DNA of 64,000 nucleotides from an archaeon (GTDB taxonomy: Archaea; Nanobdellota; Nanobdellia; Pacearchaeales; GW2011-AR1), in NCBI GenBank assembly GCA_043815245.1, contig JBDRJD010000008.1, positions 163 through 64,162 of the forward strand, read 5' to 3'. A program made the position numbers and the translations under genes. Below, in pieces: positions 1 to 10,304 of the stretch (the stretch's first letter is position 1; the number at the start of each line of letters is the position of its first letter). The notes beneath the pieces are model-generated. The model did not search any database, was not told the DNA's origin, and worked only from the letters and a program-made list of their open reading frames with translations.

Positions 1-1234
1 CAGGGTAAAACGCCTCTAAAAATAAATCAGCCAGCTTATCAGGGCCAGGAGCATCAAAGACAAATTCATAGCCTGAAGGATCTGAAACACAACCCTCATC
101 AGCAAGACTCCGTACCCTAACTCCTGGGGTCATTAAACTATAAACATCTCCGCTAACCCTCTCCCCAACACAATATTTATCAAAGTCTTCTGTTCCTAAT
201 TCACCTGCCGCAATTCCACAAGCACCTACATCAGACTCTAAACAATTCGTAGCTCCTAAAACAGGACTATCACAACAAACATCTCTTATATTATACTCAT
301 TAGTCTCTCCAGGATGTCCCAACCCATACAAATGTCCAAGTTCATGTGCCATTACCTCTTCATCTAAAACAGATAATCCATACACATACCTCCCCCTATC
401 CATTGCAGCCCCTTCAACAAACTCTCCATCTAAGTTTAAAGCTTCAGGGATAACTCCAATTACCTTGTCAACTTTTTTTAAAGTGCTTACATCATCACTC
501 ACTGGAAGTTTAATACCAGTCTGCCTAAAATAATACTCAAGGTTATCAAGCATGCAGTTAATCTCATCAGTCGGATTATTACAAACACCAGAATCAGTAA
601 ACAAAGTTTTATTAAACACCACCACCCCCATTAACCTTCCTGAATCAGTATATCCACTCTCTCCTAAAAATAAATCCAATCTAGAAGCTACATCATCATA
701 ATTAAAGTCACTGCCATAATCTAAGTAATAAGGAACAAAATAATACACATCTGTTGCAGTTTTCAAAGAGTTTGAAGAGTTCATAAGACTACTCCCAATT
801 CTTTTTTTAGTAGCTCCAACAGTAAGAAACAAAGACCCCCCACACTTAACCTCCCTCGCATCAGTAGTATTAGATCTAGGCAGTGCAAGATCCTTAAAAG
901 TGTAGTTACAAAGAATATTATCCAATCCCCCTGAAACATCACAATCAACCATCTTTCCAAATCCATATACTCTCCCTTCATTTTTATCAAGAAGCTGAAA
1001 ACTCGCCCTCAACTTATCTCCCCTTGAAGCATTATAACTCGCCTGATATTCCTCCTTAATTCTAAACTCACCTCCGCACTCTAAATCAACTGGGGTGGGA
1101 ATTATTCCATCATTAGGAAACCTAGCTATTCTTTTATTTTCAAAATAAGAATCAGCAACACTTATCTTAAAATCAGCACTAACTAAAGGTAAAACTAACA
1201 TTACTATTAAAACACAAATTAATAATTTTCTCAT
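1..1234 (-). CDS. Secreted zinc metalloprotease (HExxHxxGxxH, metzincin-like); C-terminus lies outside the window
   Basis: ATG at 1234-1232, one nt after the TAA (1238-1236) of the giant upstream gene. My hand translation stays open to position 1; the ORF track omits it because it runs off the edge. Signal peptide MRKLLICVLIVMLVLPLVSA. Motif VMAHELGHLYGLGHPGE is encoded near 300-350, in frame with the ATG. Confidence 0.75.
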   Translation of the reverse strand, partial: MRKLLICVLIVMLVLPLVSADFKISVADSYFENKRIARFPNDGIIPTPVDLECGGEFRIKEEYQASYNASRGDKLRASFQLLDKNEGRVYGFGKMVDCDVSGGLDNILCNYTFKDLALPRSNTTDAREVKCGGSLFLTVGATKKRIGSSLMNSSNSLKTATDVYYFVPYYLDYGSDFNYDDVASRLDLFLGESGYTDSGRLMGVVVFNKTLFTDSGVCNNPTDEINCMLDNLEYYFRQTGIKLPVSDDVSTLKKVDKVIGVIPEALNLDGEFVEGAAMDRGRYVYGLSVLDEEVMAHELGHLYGLGHPGETNEYNIRDVCCDSPVLGATNCLESDVGACGIAAGELGTEDFDKYCVGERVSGDVYSLMTPGVRVRSLADEGCVSDPSGYEFVFDAPGPDKLADLFLEAFYP

Positions 1235-1235
1235 T

Positions 1236-4200
1236 TTATGTTGACTCAAAAATATCTGGAGGGCGGATTACAGTCATACAATCAGACACCGCATCAACAA
1301 GCACCTTACTATTACCATCATCAACAAGCACTCCCTGATAACCATAATTATAATTCCCCTTACCCAAAGATGCAATTCTGCTTCCAGAATCATCATACTT
1401 CATTGCAGTTTCAGAAACTAAGTCTCCCGGCCCGCCCACAGGATCTCCATATTTCTCAATTTTCGATAATCGATTAGCACTGTCATAATTGCTATTATAA
1501 ACATCTAAAGAATCATCTAAAAGCATAGAGTGAACTCTATTAAAATCATCATATCCAAAACTCATATGATTCATCCAAGACACAGAAAGATCCTCATTAT
1601 ATCCCATATCTACTCTCTGACTTGGAGCTATCTCGCCTGCATCCCAATCCTGAACCCCTCTTAAATTATCAAGCATTCCTAAACTGTTAGTTTCCACTTC
1701 AAGGCGGTTCCAAGTATTATCTCCAAGTATATTGTCATACTCTATTTCACTTAATTCATTATTCCTATCATAGAAATAAGAAACTTTCCCATTCCAGGGT
1801 CCAGATAAGTCTACACTAGATGGTATACTCCCTGGGAGATACTGGTAACCCATTTTTAAATCCGCGCTAGAAGGATCACTACTCATAATTGTAAGTTCAT
1901 TTAATCTGCTTAAATCATCATACTTATAAGTCTCCCTTAAATTTCCGCCAACATAATGCTCATCTAATCTCCCTTCATGGTCATACCAAAACCCTTCATC
2001 CCCACACGGAGTTAAAACAGCTACCAAAAACCCATAATCATCATAAATCCAACTAGTTTCATAAGAAACACCCTCAAGAACATTCTGCCCAGCTAAATCT
2101 CTAACATCATAAGTAGCTACTGCATCAGTAAGCCTGCCATAATTATCATAATTTGTAAATGTTATAGATTTAACAACCCCATTAGAAGAAATCTCTTTAA
2201 GCAAACTTCCATCATAAGTAAAAGAAGTTCTTAAAGCACCTCCACCTGCAGGTCTCTGATAAACATCAGGATAACTAAGCATTCCAAACTCTTCATCAAA
2301 TAAAGTATCGCCTAAATCAAAGGGGATATTTGTAATGGAAGCAGTAATCCTTCCTAATGGATCATTATATTCTGCCTGACTAGTAATAAGAGGTGGTTCT
2401 AAGCAGACCACTGGAGGTTCAGCAGAAGGATTTTCTTGACATCCGAATTCGGTCAAATAACTTGTAAGAAGATTATCATGATTATCATAACTATAAACTT
2501 CTGTATTAAGGAAGTTTCCATATATACTATTATCTACTTGTCTCAACCTACCAAACGAATCAAATCTAAGTTTGCTGCTTGTCTGAGTTGAATCTATAAT
2601 TTCAATATTTCCTTCATTATCAAAAACAGTTTGTGTCCAATACTTAATTCCGTCACTGCCCTCCGCATATTCAATCTTGGTATTGCCGTCAATGAAAGTG
2701 GAGTAATCTGTTGATTTGTCTCCACCAGGAATATTATCAACTACTAAACTCCACAAAGCTCCATCCTCATTCAATCCATAAGAGTAGTCTAAATTAACTA
2801 AATAAGGGGAGGTAGATACAAGCTGGTGCACCTGACTACCATCAGAAACCGCATCATAAGCCGGAATTCCAGGAGTTACATTATAATTTTTAAGAGAAAA
2901 ATCACCATAATACGCATAATGCTCAGTAGTACCATCAGGATATTTAATTCCAAGTGGATGTCCTAAAGCAGAACTAAATTTTCTAGTAATTCTTCCATTA
3001 TCATTTATCTTGTATAGGTTTCCAAAAGAATCATACGAATAAGTAACAGTGTAATCCACTCCATCTTTAATCGGAGTCTTAACTATTTTAGTATAAAAAA
3101 GATCTGGATAAATATACTCCCTTTTAGTTTTTCCATCTGGTCCAATAATCTTTGTCGCCCTCCCCCACCCATCCCTTTCTACAGTCCATTTATTACCGCG
3201 ATCATCAGTATACGCTTTTAAAGTCCCGTCAGGATGATACTCCTGATAAGTACCATACACCATATTCTCCGCACCAGTAACATAAACTCCATCTGCATCA
3301 TAAGTATAAGTAAGTCCAACTCCCCCAGGAGAAATTGTACCTTCTAAATTTCCCACAGCATCAAAATCAATATCAGTCAACTTATCAGGACTAGCATAAA
3401 GAGTTCTATCTTTTTCAATTATAGAATCAATGTAACCTCTTGCAGTATCCCAACCATACATACTTTCAGATAAAGCCAAACCCTCACTATTTCTCACTTG
3501 TTCTGAAAGTACCATTCCATAAATATTACTACCTAGATTATTTGTATAAGTTCTGACTATCTCTCTATCGTCTTCAGATATAGAAGTATCTCCATGCATC
3601 ATTGTATTAGTAGGATACCCATAATCATCTCTCCCAGTAACTTCTGAAAAATAGGTGATAGTGCCTGCATCTCTAATTGTAGTTTTTACTTCATCAAGCG
3701 CAATCATATTTACCTCATCAGGCCAACTATCTTTATGAATAATTTCATATGTATATTCAACATCAACATCAACTTCACCATACTCAGAGGGAATTGTTTT
3801 AAATTTTATCAAACCTTCAAGCTCACCTGCATATTCATTATATATCTCATACTCTGACTCTGGAGTTTCATGCATATACCAGCCGCCTTCAAACTCTGAG
3901 GAATAATAAGACCTCGCATCATAACTAGTTCTCACACTAACATAATTTTCACCATCAAGTATTTCTTTATAATGGATACTCCCAAGCTGTGCAGTTTGGT
4001 CAGTACGTGGAGAATAACCACTCTTTGAAAGTTGTAATGAGAAATATCCACTACCATTTCTGTACAGAAGCCCACCAATACGCTCAGCTAAAGAAAAATC
4101 ATTGTAACTAAACGAACCCGCACATATACCAAATCTTTTTGCTCCTCCATAATACCACACATCACTACATGCCGGCCTCCAAGTATGCAATAGCTTATAA

Positions 4201-6695
4201 GAATCTCCTTCAGAATTAGTTATAGTTATATTTTGTAAAAAATTAAACTGGTAAGCCAATGCACCCCACTCATTACCTGAGGCCGGTACATACTGGAAAC
4301 CATATGTCCTATACAAAGAACCATCAGGGTTATAAGCAGTAATGTTTATAACCTTTTTTAATCTATTAGTTCCATTATAACCTACAGTCAAATTCTTTGT
4401 ATCATATTCAAAATCAAATACTCTTCCAGCTGAATCAACTATATTATGAATATAAGATATCTCAATATCATTTCTACTAGCTCCTAAATTATACTCATCA
4501 ACGTCATATCCAAACAGAATATCATTTCCATTAACATCTTCGATTCTAGTCAAATCCCACTTATACTTAACATCTCTACAAAAAGTTAGCTCATTTTCAT
4601 AATAATACTTAGTTCCATCTGCATAAGTTATCACCCATCCATTATCATTTTTTTCAATTTTTTCATTATTATGATTTTTTAAATAATACCTTCCCCCGCT
4701 TTCATATAATCTTTCACTATCTCCATTAAATACAAGCGAATAATTAAGCTTATTTTCATCATAACCGTCTAAAAAGTCTTCCCAATACACTCTTTCAGAA
4801 AGAGAATCTTGGTTTAAAGCAATATAACTATGGGATATATCAAACATATTATCTCCAAGATGGGAATGGTATTTATCATCAAGCCCACTCCTAAAATAAA
4901 CAGATAAATCAAAATCTAATCCTCCCTTCCCCTCAAATGAACCTAAAAGAAAGTTTTTTCTTATCTCATTAGTATAAACATTAAACCCATCTCTGACAGG
5001 CCCCTTACTTTCATTAAAATTAGGCCCATATAAATTATAAAAAAGTGCGCACTGCACAGGATAACCTTCCTCGCTACAATCTAATACCCAAAATGCTGGT
5101 TTTCTACTATAATCGATATCATCTGAATTTGGCCAAAAAACCTTGTCAGAATTATAATAGATTCTATTCAGATCACTACTCCAGAATATTGGTGTCTGGT
5201 AAGAACTTCCATTTGTAACCTGCTGCCTATTACCTCCTCCTGAGTCCATAGTCCATATATGATATTGATAATCAGCAAGAACCGTCCTATCATTAGTTTC
5301 AGGAGCATCTTCTTTTGACGCATACGCAATCATTCCCCCCCCAGGACTGTGTTTAAAAGACTGAAAATCAATACGGTGTCTGTTAGGAAAAACATTTTCA
5401 ACAATAAATTCATAACCGATATCATTTATCAAAGCATATCCTGCAAGATCTTCTTCATTAACTCCCGCACTACTATCAAATACATACCCATAAATCGCTC
5501 CCCCTGCATCTACAACAGAACTATGATGAATGTGCTCCCTATAATCATCAAAAGTATACTGGCCCGCATTTCCTCCTGAATCAAGAGTCCATACTACATC
5601 ACCATATGTTGGCCACAAAAATCTTTCTCCACACACAATATAATCTTCTCCTTCTACAGCTCCAGGTGGAAGAAGATGCTGTGGGGGAATAGTCCTATAT
5701 AACTGGGAGGAAGTTACTAAAGTAAAAGCACCACCAGGACCATAATTAACACTCATCCACATAGAAGGCCCTATACACGGAGGAACCCATCCTTCAACCT
5801 CAGGTCTAGGCCGTCTTATAACATCATTATTAAGAAACTCATAACTAGTATCATTTGCATCACACTCATCAGGATTGCTACCGCCCCCACAATCTAAAAC
5901 CATATAATAATGACTTGCCTCATCATAATATAACACATCTGTACCTATAAATCCCCTAGCATAAGTCTCACATGAATGCATTGAACTCTCACAATATTTA
6001 AGTCTTCTTAAATTAGTTCCATCTGCATTCATTATCCACAGATCAGTTGCAGGATGTCTCCCCTCACCACGCACCCTTCCAGAAAAGGCAATCTGCCTTC
6101 CATCAGAACTCAATTGCCTGTGATGAGTCCACACATTTATAAAAAAGTCTTCGAAAAACGGACCATATCTTTCAGTTATTGTCTCATTTACTTCAACAGG
6201 TCTGTAATAAATTCCTCTACGAATAGGAGTCTTATCAATTCCATTAACTGCTAAACAAGACCCCTCCATGTCACTAGAACCCGACACCACCCCCACATCA
6301 TCTGCCCCTACAGAAACTTCATCTTCCCACCCTGGATAAATATCACTTTCATTATACATCTCCTCAAGAAGCTCCCCACCCCAGCCCACCACACCTTCAT
6401 AATTCTCTTCAACAACCTCCTCCTCCTCCGCCTCCTCTTGATAAATATCATCATCATACTCTCCAAACCCATTCAACCAATCAGCATAATCTTGTGAATC
6501 GTCCACCCCCACCACCCCCTCTCCTGAATCATCAGCTATCTGCCTTCCAGTAATCTTGGCAACATTTTCCTTTACTAAACTTAAACTTAAATTAAAAATC
6601 TGATATTTATAAAATACAAAAGAAAACAAAATAATTGCTAATAAGAGTACAATAGCCACTACTAATCGTGCATTAGTCCCCTTCCTCTTTTTCAT
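1236..6695 (-). CDS. Giant membrane-anchored surface protein with PD40/TolB-like propeller repeats and a long YD (RHS-type) repeat region
   Basis: 1819-aa ORF. Signal anchor ARLVVAIVLLLAIILFSFVFY, then an acidic E/D linker. PD40-like units (SSDGRQIAFSGR..DLWIMNADGTNLRRL; HIWTMDSGGGNRQQVTNG). More than 12 YD units (YTYDADG, YSYDSFGNLYKINDNGRITRKF, FDSFGRLRQVDN, NYDNYGRLTDAV, YKYDDLSRLNELT, NYDSANRLSKIEKYG). Confidence 0.8.
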   Translation of the reverse strand: MKKRKGTNARLVVAIVLLLAIILFSFVFYKYQIFNLSLSLVKENVAKITGRQIADDSGEGVVGVDDSQDYADWLNGFGEYDDDIYQEEAEEEEVVEENYEGVVGWGGELLEEMYNESDIYPGWEDEVSVGADDVGVVSGSSDMEGSCLAVNGIDKTPIRRGIYYRPVEVNETITERYGPFFEDFFINVWTHHRQLSSDGRQIAFSGRVRGEGRHPATDLWIMNADGTNLRRLKYCESSMHSCETYARGFIGTDVLYYDEASHYYMVLDCGGGSNPDECDANDTSYEFLNNDVIRRPRPEVEGWVPPCIGPSMWMSVNYGPGGAFTLVTSSQLYRTIPPQHLLPPGAVEGEDYIVCGERFLWPTYGDVVWTLDSGGNAGQYTFDDYREHIHHSSVVDAGGAIYGYVFDSSAGVNEEDLAGYALINDIGYEFIVENVFPNRHRIDFQSFKHSPGGGMIAYASKEDAPETNDRTVLADYQYHIWTMDSGGGNRQQVTNGSSYQTPIFWSSDLNRIYYNSDKVFWPNSDDIDYSRKPAFWVLDCSEEGYPVQCALFYNLYGPNFNESKGPVRDGFNVYTNEIRKNFLLGSFEGKGGLDFDLSVYFRSGLDDKYHSHLGDNMFDISHSYIALNQDSLSERVYWEDFLDGYDENKLNYSLVFNGDSERLYESGGRYYLKNHNNEKIEKNDNGWVITYADGTKYYYENELTFCRDVKYKWDLTRIEDVNGNDILFGYDVDEYNLGASRNDIEISYIHNIVDSAGRVFDFEYDTKNLTVGYNGTNRLKKVINITAYNPDGSLYRTYGFQYVPASGNEWGALAYQFNFLQNITITNSEGDSYKLLHTWRPACSDVWYYGGAKRFGICAGSFSYNDFSLAERIGGLLYRNGSGYFSLQLSKSGYSPRTDQTAQLGSIHYKEILDGENYVSVRTSYDARSYYSSEFEGGWYMHETPESEYEIYNEYAGELEGLIKFKTIPSEYGEVDVDVEYTYEIIHKDSWPDEVNMIALDEVKTTIRDAGTITYFSEVTGRDDYGYPTNTMMHGDTSISEDDREIVRTYTNNLGSNIYGMVLSEQVRNSEGLALSESMYGWDTARGYIDSIIEKDRTLYASPDKLTDIDFDAVGNLEGTISPGGVGLTYTYDADGVYVTGAENMVYGTYQEYHPDGTLKAYTDDRGNKWTVERDGWGRATKIIGPDGKTKREYIYPDLFYTKIVKTPIKDGVDYTVTYSYDSFGNLYKINDNGRITRKFSSALGHPLGIKYPDGTTEHYAYYGDFSLKNYNVTPGIPAYDAVSDGSQVHQLVSTSPYLVNLDYSYGLNEDGALWSLVVDNIPGGDKSTDYSTFIDGNTKIEYAEGSDGIKYWTQTVFDNEGNIEIIDSTQTSSKLRFDSFGRLRQVDNSIYGNFLNTEVYSYDNHDNLLTSYLTEFGCQENPSAEPPVVCLEPPLITSQAEYNDPLGRITASITNIPFDLGDTLFDEEFGMLSYPDVYQRPAGGGALRTSFTYDGSLLKEISSNGVVKSITFTNYDNYGRLTDAVATYDVRDLAGQNVLEGVSYETSWIYDDYGFLVAVLTPCGDEGFWYDHEGRLDEHYVGGNLRETYKYDDLSRLNELTIMSSDPSSADLKMGYQYLPGSIPSSVDLSGPWNGKVSYFYDRNNELSEIEYDNILGDNTWNRLEVETNSLGMLDNLRGVQDWDAGEIAPSQRVDMGYNEDLSVSWMNHMSFGYDDFNRVHSMLLDDSLDVYNSNYDSANRLSKIEKYGDPVGGPGDLVSETAMKYDDSGSRIASLGKGNYNYGYQGVLVDDGNSKVLVDAVSDCMTVIRPPDIFEST

Positions 6696-6792
6696 TAAAG
6701 AAACACTGTTTTTACAACTTAAATAGTTTTCTCAGACATAGAAAGCTTTAAAAAGGAAAGACACTACTTAATAGTAACAAAACTAAAGGGAA

Positions 6793-7188
6793 ATGAAAAT
6801 GGATGGGATAGGATTTTATAAAGTATTAATAAACCCAAAAGCAGAATTTGATCAGCAAGAGCTATGGAAAGAAGGGATTTATACAAGCTTAAGAGAAGAA
6901 TATGATCTACCTGTAGGAGCTATATTTTACTTTAGGGGTTTATTTGGAAAACTAGCAGATACTACACAAAGAGAAACAGATCCAGAAAAAATAGAAAAAA
7001 GATACATAGAAGCAATACTTGAACCTCTAAGAGAAGGAGAAAAAGAAAAAAGACTTGGACCGACAGATTTTCAAAGATGCTTAGAAAGACTGGATATTAG
7101 AGGTTTAACAAAACTTTTAAAATCTGAAGAAAGCGCTTTCTTTAAGCCGGAAATAAAAACAGATTTAGAAAACCTAGCCTCACTTTAA
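6793..7188 (+). CDS. Hypothetical cytosolic protein (131 aa)
   Basis: ORF with ATG start and no recognisable motif. Its 3' end overlaps the 3' end of the convergent 7180-8598 gene by 9 nt. Confidence 0.45.
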   Translation: MKMDGIGFYKVLINPKAEFDQQELWKEGIYTSLREEYDLPVGAIFYFRGLFGKLADTTQRETDPEKIEKRYIEAILEPLREGEKEKRLGPTDFQRCLERLDIRGLTKLLKSEESAFFKPEIKTDLENLASL

Positions 7189-8598
7189 TTCACCATAACG
7201 TCTAATTTCTCCTATCCAATCAGAAAAACTAGGATGCATTTCTTTTGACCAAATAACAGCTTCTCTTGCATTTGGCAAATAACTTGTTGCTTCTAAATAC
7301 TCAGCTTCAATAAAAGCCCGATTTGCAGGAGTATCTCCCCCTAAAAATTCAAGTGCTTTAGGATAATCTGGAGACAATTGATACTGTGACCAAGCCCGAG
7401 CATAAGTATTCCCACTTCTCTGAGTACTTGCATGCATATAATCAAAGATATTTTCAATAACTATAGTCTCTCTTTGAAGAAGTGTAAAATCTTCTGCATT
7501 ATCAATAAGCCACCTAGGAAGATGGTGAGCCTCATAGTTAGAATGTACACTATGGAAGACCTTAGCAGGATAACCATTGCCTTGCAAAACCATTCTAGTC
7601 TGTGGATTTTGCTGAAACATCCATTTAGTAAATTTCTCTGCCTGATCAAATCCCTGATTTGACTTAGCAAGATCATGGCCCAAAACAAAACTAGGATCAA
7701 TACCCCCTTGATTAAATCTCATATTCAAAGCTAAATCTACCTCAATAATATGAAGCCTCATATTCTGGGGAATGTCCCCTGCATGCTGGCCAATAAACTT
7801 ATTAGGTAGTCTTCCAGTTCTAGTAGCAATCGCATCAACTACTTCACTATAATGTCTACCAGAAACTCCTGCAGGAGTAGCCAATCCTCCCACTGCAAAA
7901 AACATTGTAGCTAGATCTCCACTTGCTAAATCAACTATATCTATTTGGTTTGAGGGGTCGCTAAGAATTGCATATGAAGTCGCAGCCCAAATCTCGGGGT
8001 GATAAGCTAAATAAGCCATACCTGAAACCGACTGATAAGCCATATAACTTCCACCAAGTATCATTAAACCTCCAGCAGTTCCAACTCCAGCCCCATAAGC
8101 AGCGTTATTAACAAATCTTTGATAACCTGCAGGATCTCTTATAGCCTCTTTTTGAGCTCCAGCAAAAGTACCCCCCCAAACAGACCCATGCCCAGTGCTA
8201 CCTGCCCACGCAATTCCAATATTAGACAAATCTGTCAGAACTGTTTCTAAAGGATCCATAACATAAGTGACTTCAACCTGGTTTTCATAACCCTCAGAAT
8301 CTAAGTACTCTTTAGCAGCTTCCTGCTGCTCCCTTGGAGAAATAAGAAACTTCTTTCCCTGAACAATTCCAGAAGGCACTCCCGCATGCAGGGCATTAAG
8401 AGTTATATCTGAATCAGGTATTTCTAGAAAAATGCATTTTCCATCAAAACAAGAATGAAGTGGACCACAATCTTCCCTTTGAGTAGCTACAGTGCAAGTT
8501 TTCTCTACAATATAAACATCCTCTCTTACTTGCTCAGCGCAAACTAAACTAGTAAGAATTAAAACTAATAAAAATGCACAAATTCCTCTTTTTATCAT
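7180..8598 (-). CDS. Secreted protein of unknown function with a Gly/Ala-rich hydrophobic central region
   Basis: 472-aa ORF. Signal peptide MIKRGICAFLLVLILTSLVCA, a Cys-containing N-domain, and a G/A-rich stretch (AYGAGVGTAGGLMILGGSYMAY..FFAVGGLATPAGVSG). The roughly 230-aa C-terminal domain has no motif I recognise. Confidence 0.6.
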   Translation of the reverse strand: MIKRGICAFLLVLILTSLVCAEQVREDVYIVEKTCTVATQREDCGPLHSCFDGKCIFLEIPDSDITLNALHAGVPSGIVQGKKFLISPREQQEAAKEYLDSEGYENQVEVTYVMDPLETVLTDLSNIGIAWAGSTGHGSVWGGTFAGAQKEAIRDPAGYQRFVNNAAYGAGVGTAGGLMILGGSYMAYQSVSGMAYLAYHPEIWAATSYAILSDPSNQIDIVDLASGDLATMFFAVGGLATPAGVSGRHYSEVVDAIATRTGRLPNKFIGQHAGDIPQNMRLHIIEVDLALNMRFNQGGIDPSFVLGHDLAKSNQGFDQAEKFTKWMFQQNPQTRMVLQGNGYPAKVFHSVHSNYEAHHLPRWLIDNAEDFTLLQRETIVIENIFDYMHASTQRSGNTYARAWSQYQLSPDYPKALEFLGGDTPANRAFIEAEYLEATSYLPNAREAVIWSKEMHPSFSDWIGEIRRYGELK

Positions 8599-8638
8599 TT
8601 ATCTCACCTATACTTTATACTTTATATATATTATTAAC

Positions 8639-9064
8639 TTAATCCTTAATCCTAACAATCTCTCCCTCAAAATCTAACTCAATAAACTTCTTCACCTCTC
8701 CACTCCTGTAATCCTCACACTGATTTTCAGGAAAGTCATCAAAATCACTTCTAGGAACATGCACAATATCCACAGCATAGTCACTTACCACTCCTAAACA
8801 CTGACTAGAAAAATTCATCCCTTCTGCCTTTTTCTTATCATATAAACTAAATGCAAGCTCAATCGCCGCCTGTTGACGCACTACTTTCAAAGACTTAGAA
8901 ATAGGATATCCGTGCTTAACATAAATTCCTCTTTCATCTTTAATCCATGAATCTTCAGAAGGTATCTTAAGCAAAATAAAAATCACAAATCCTCCAATCA
9001 AAGCAATAACTAAAATAATAAAAGTAATTGTAAAAAGCCCTCTTTTAATCTTCAAGCCTCTCAT
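8639..9064 (-). CDS. Membrane-anchored hypothetical protein
   Basis: The track ORF starts at an alternative TTG (9079). I prefer the ATG at 9064-9062, which is preceded by GGAG. One TM helix (LFTITFIILVIALIGGFVIFILL). The start overlaps the gatD 3' end by 20 nt. Confidence 0.5.
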   Translation of the reverse strand: MRGLKIKRGLFTITFIILVIALIGGFVIFILLKIPSEDSWIKDERGIYVKHGYPISKSLKVVRQQAAIELAFSLYDKKKAEGMNFSSQCLGVVSDYAVDIVHVPRSDFDDFPENQCEDYRSGEVKKFIELDFEGEIVRIKD

Positions 9065-10304
9065 TAATTTCTCCTGCAAAATTTTTAAGCATCATTTCCT
9101 TAACTCGTCCTCTCCAAGAAGAATGTCCCAACACCCATCCCAATTTCACTAATGCAGTCTCTGCAAGCATATCCTCTAAAAAAATAATTCCAGTCTTCAT
9201 TAGCTTTCTTCCGGGAGAATAAACTAACGGGTCTAATCTACCATAAACAGTCTGGGCAGCTGCAACAATTATTAAGCCATTATCAATTGCCTTCTTAATA
9301 CTGGGCAATAAATTTTTCCTAGCTTCATCAATTGCTAAATGACCTAAAGCAGCTACCTCAATTACAACTGCTTCATATCTCTGTCCTAAAAAATCAAAGA
9401 TTTCAGGGTCCATCCCAGGATAAAACTTAATCAAAGCAACTTTATCATTAAAACTAGTATCTAACTTGACCTTCTTACTACCCCTTACATTATGCTTAGA
9501 AAGTATCTCAATTTTATCAGGAAAAATCTTAGCAATTGGTTTTGTATTAATTGCTTTAAAAGCATCTCTTCTTGAAGTATGCATTTTCCTCACCTTACTG
9601 CCCTTTAAAGCATAGCAAAAATCATCATTTATGCTTCCATGACCTACAAGCATTACTTCTGCAATATCAGAAATTGCAGCCCTCGCAGCACACTGCAAAT
9701 TCAGACTTGCATCTGAACTTCCTCTATCTGAACTCCTCTGAGCATATGTTAATACAACAGGTTTATTCAAATCTTGTAAAAAGAAGCTTAAAGCAGCTGA
9801 AGTGTAATGTAAAAAATCAGTGCCATGAGTAATTATGACTCCAGCAACATTTTTATCATTTAGGCTTTCTGCAGCATTTTTTGCAATCTCCTGCCAGTCC
9901 TTAAAATCCATATTCTCACTAGCTTTCATAAACGGAACTTTTATCTTTCGGATATTAACAAGCTCAAGAAGTTCAGGATAAAACTTTAATAGCTCCTCGG
10001 GAGAAGTCAGCCATTTCACTCCCCCAGTTTCAGGGTCAATCCTCGAAGAAATAGTCCCGCCAGTCATAATAATATCAATAGAAGGAAGCTTTTTATTTTC
10101 CTTTAACTTTATTTTTTTATCTTGCTTCTTTAACTCCTTAATCAATTCAGTTTCAGTTATATCTTCTTTTTTAATCCCAATATTATATCCAGAATCAAGC
10201 TTAACTAAAATTATCCCAGTTTCATGACTTTCAAGTAAAATCCCTTCAATATCCTCTTTTACAGTTGAAATTCTAACTCTATCTCCAGCTTTTGGTTCAG
10301 CCAT
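9045..10304 (-). CDS. gatD: Glutamyl-tRNA(Gln) amidotransferase subunit D
   Basis: 419 aa. GatD-type N-terminal domain (GDRVRI..GILLE..IILVKLDSGYNIGI) followed by an asparaginase-type domain with IIMTGGTISSRIDPETGGV. Confidence 0.85.
   Translation of the reverse strand: MAEPKAGDRVRISTVKEDIEGILLESHETGIILVKLDSGYNIGIKKEDITETELIKELKKQDKKIKLKENKKLPSIDIIMTGGTISSRIDPETGGVKWLTSPEELLKFYPELLELVNIRKIKVPFMKASENMDFKDWQEIAKNAAESLNDKNVAGVIITHGTDFLHYTSAALSFFLQDLNKPVVLTYAQRSSDRGSSDASLNLQCAARAAISDIAEVMLVGHGSINDDFCYALKGSKVRKMHTSRRDAFKAINTKPIAKIFPDKIEILSKHNVRGSKKVKLDTSFNDKVALIKFYPGMDPEIFDFLGQRYEAVVIEVAALGHLAIDEARKNLLPSIKKAIDNGLIIVAAAQTVYGRLDPLVYSPGRKLMKTGIIFLEDMLAETALVKLGWVLGHSSWRGRVKEMMLKNFAGEINERLED

Noticed and set aside
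781-990. Track ORF 781-990 (-)
   Set aside because: It is out of frame and lies inside the longer edge-truncated metalloprotease ORF. It also uses an alternative start and encodes low-complexity hydrophobic sequence.
1236-1500. Canonical RHS core end and a C-terminal polymorphic toxin domain in the giant protein
   Set aside because: I looked for a PxxxxDPxGL-type core terminus followed by a variable toxin domain. The protein ends ~40 aa after the last YD-like unit with no such motif, so I do not call it a polymorphic toxin.
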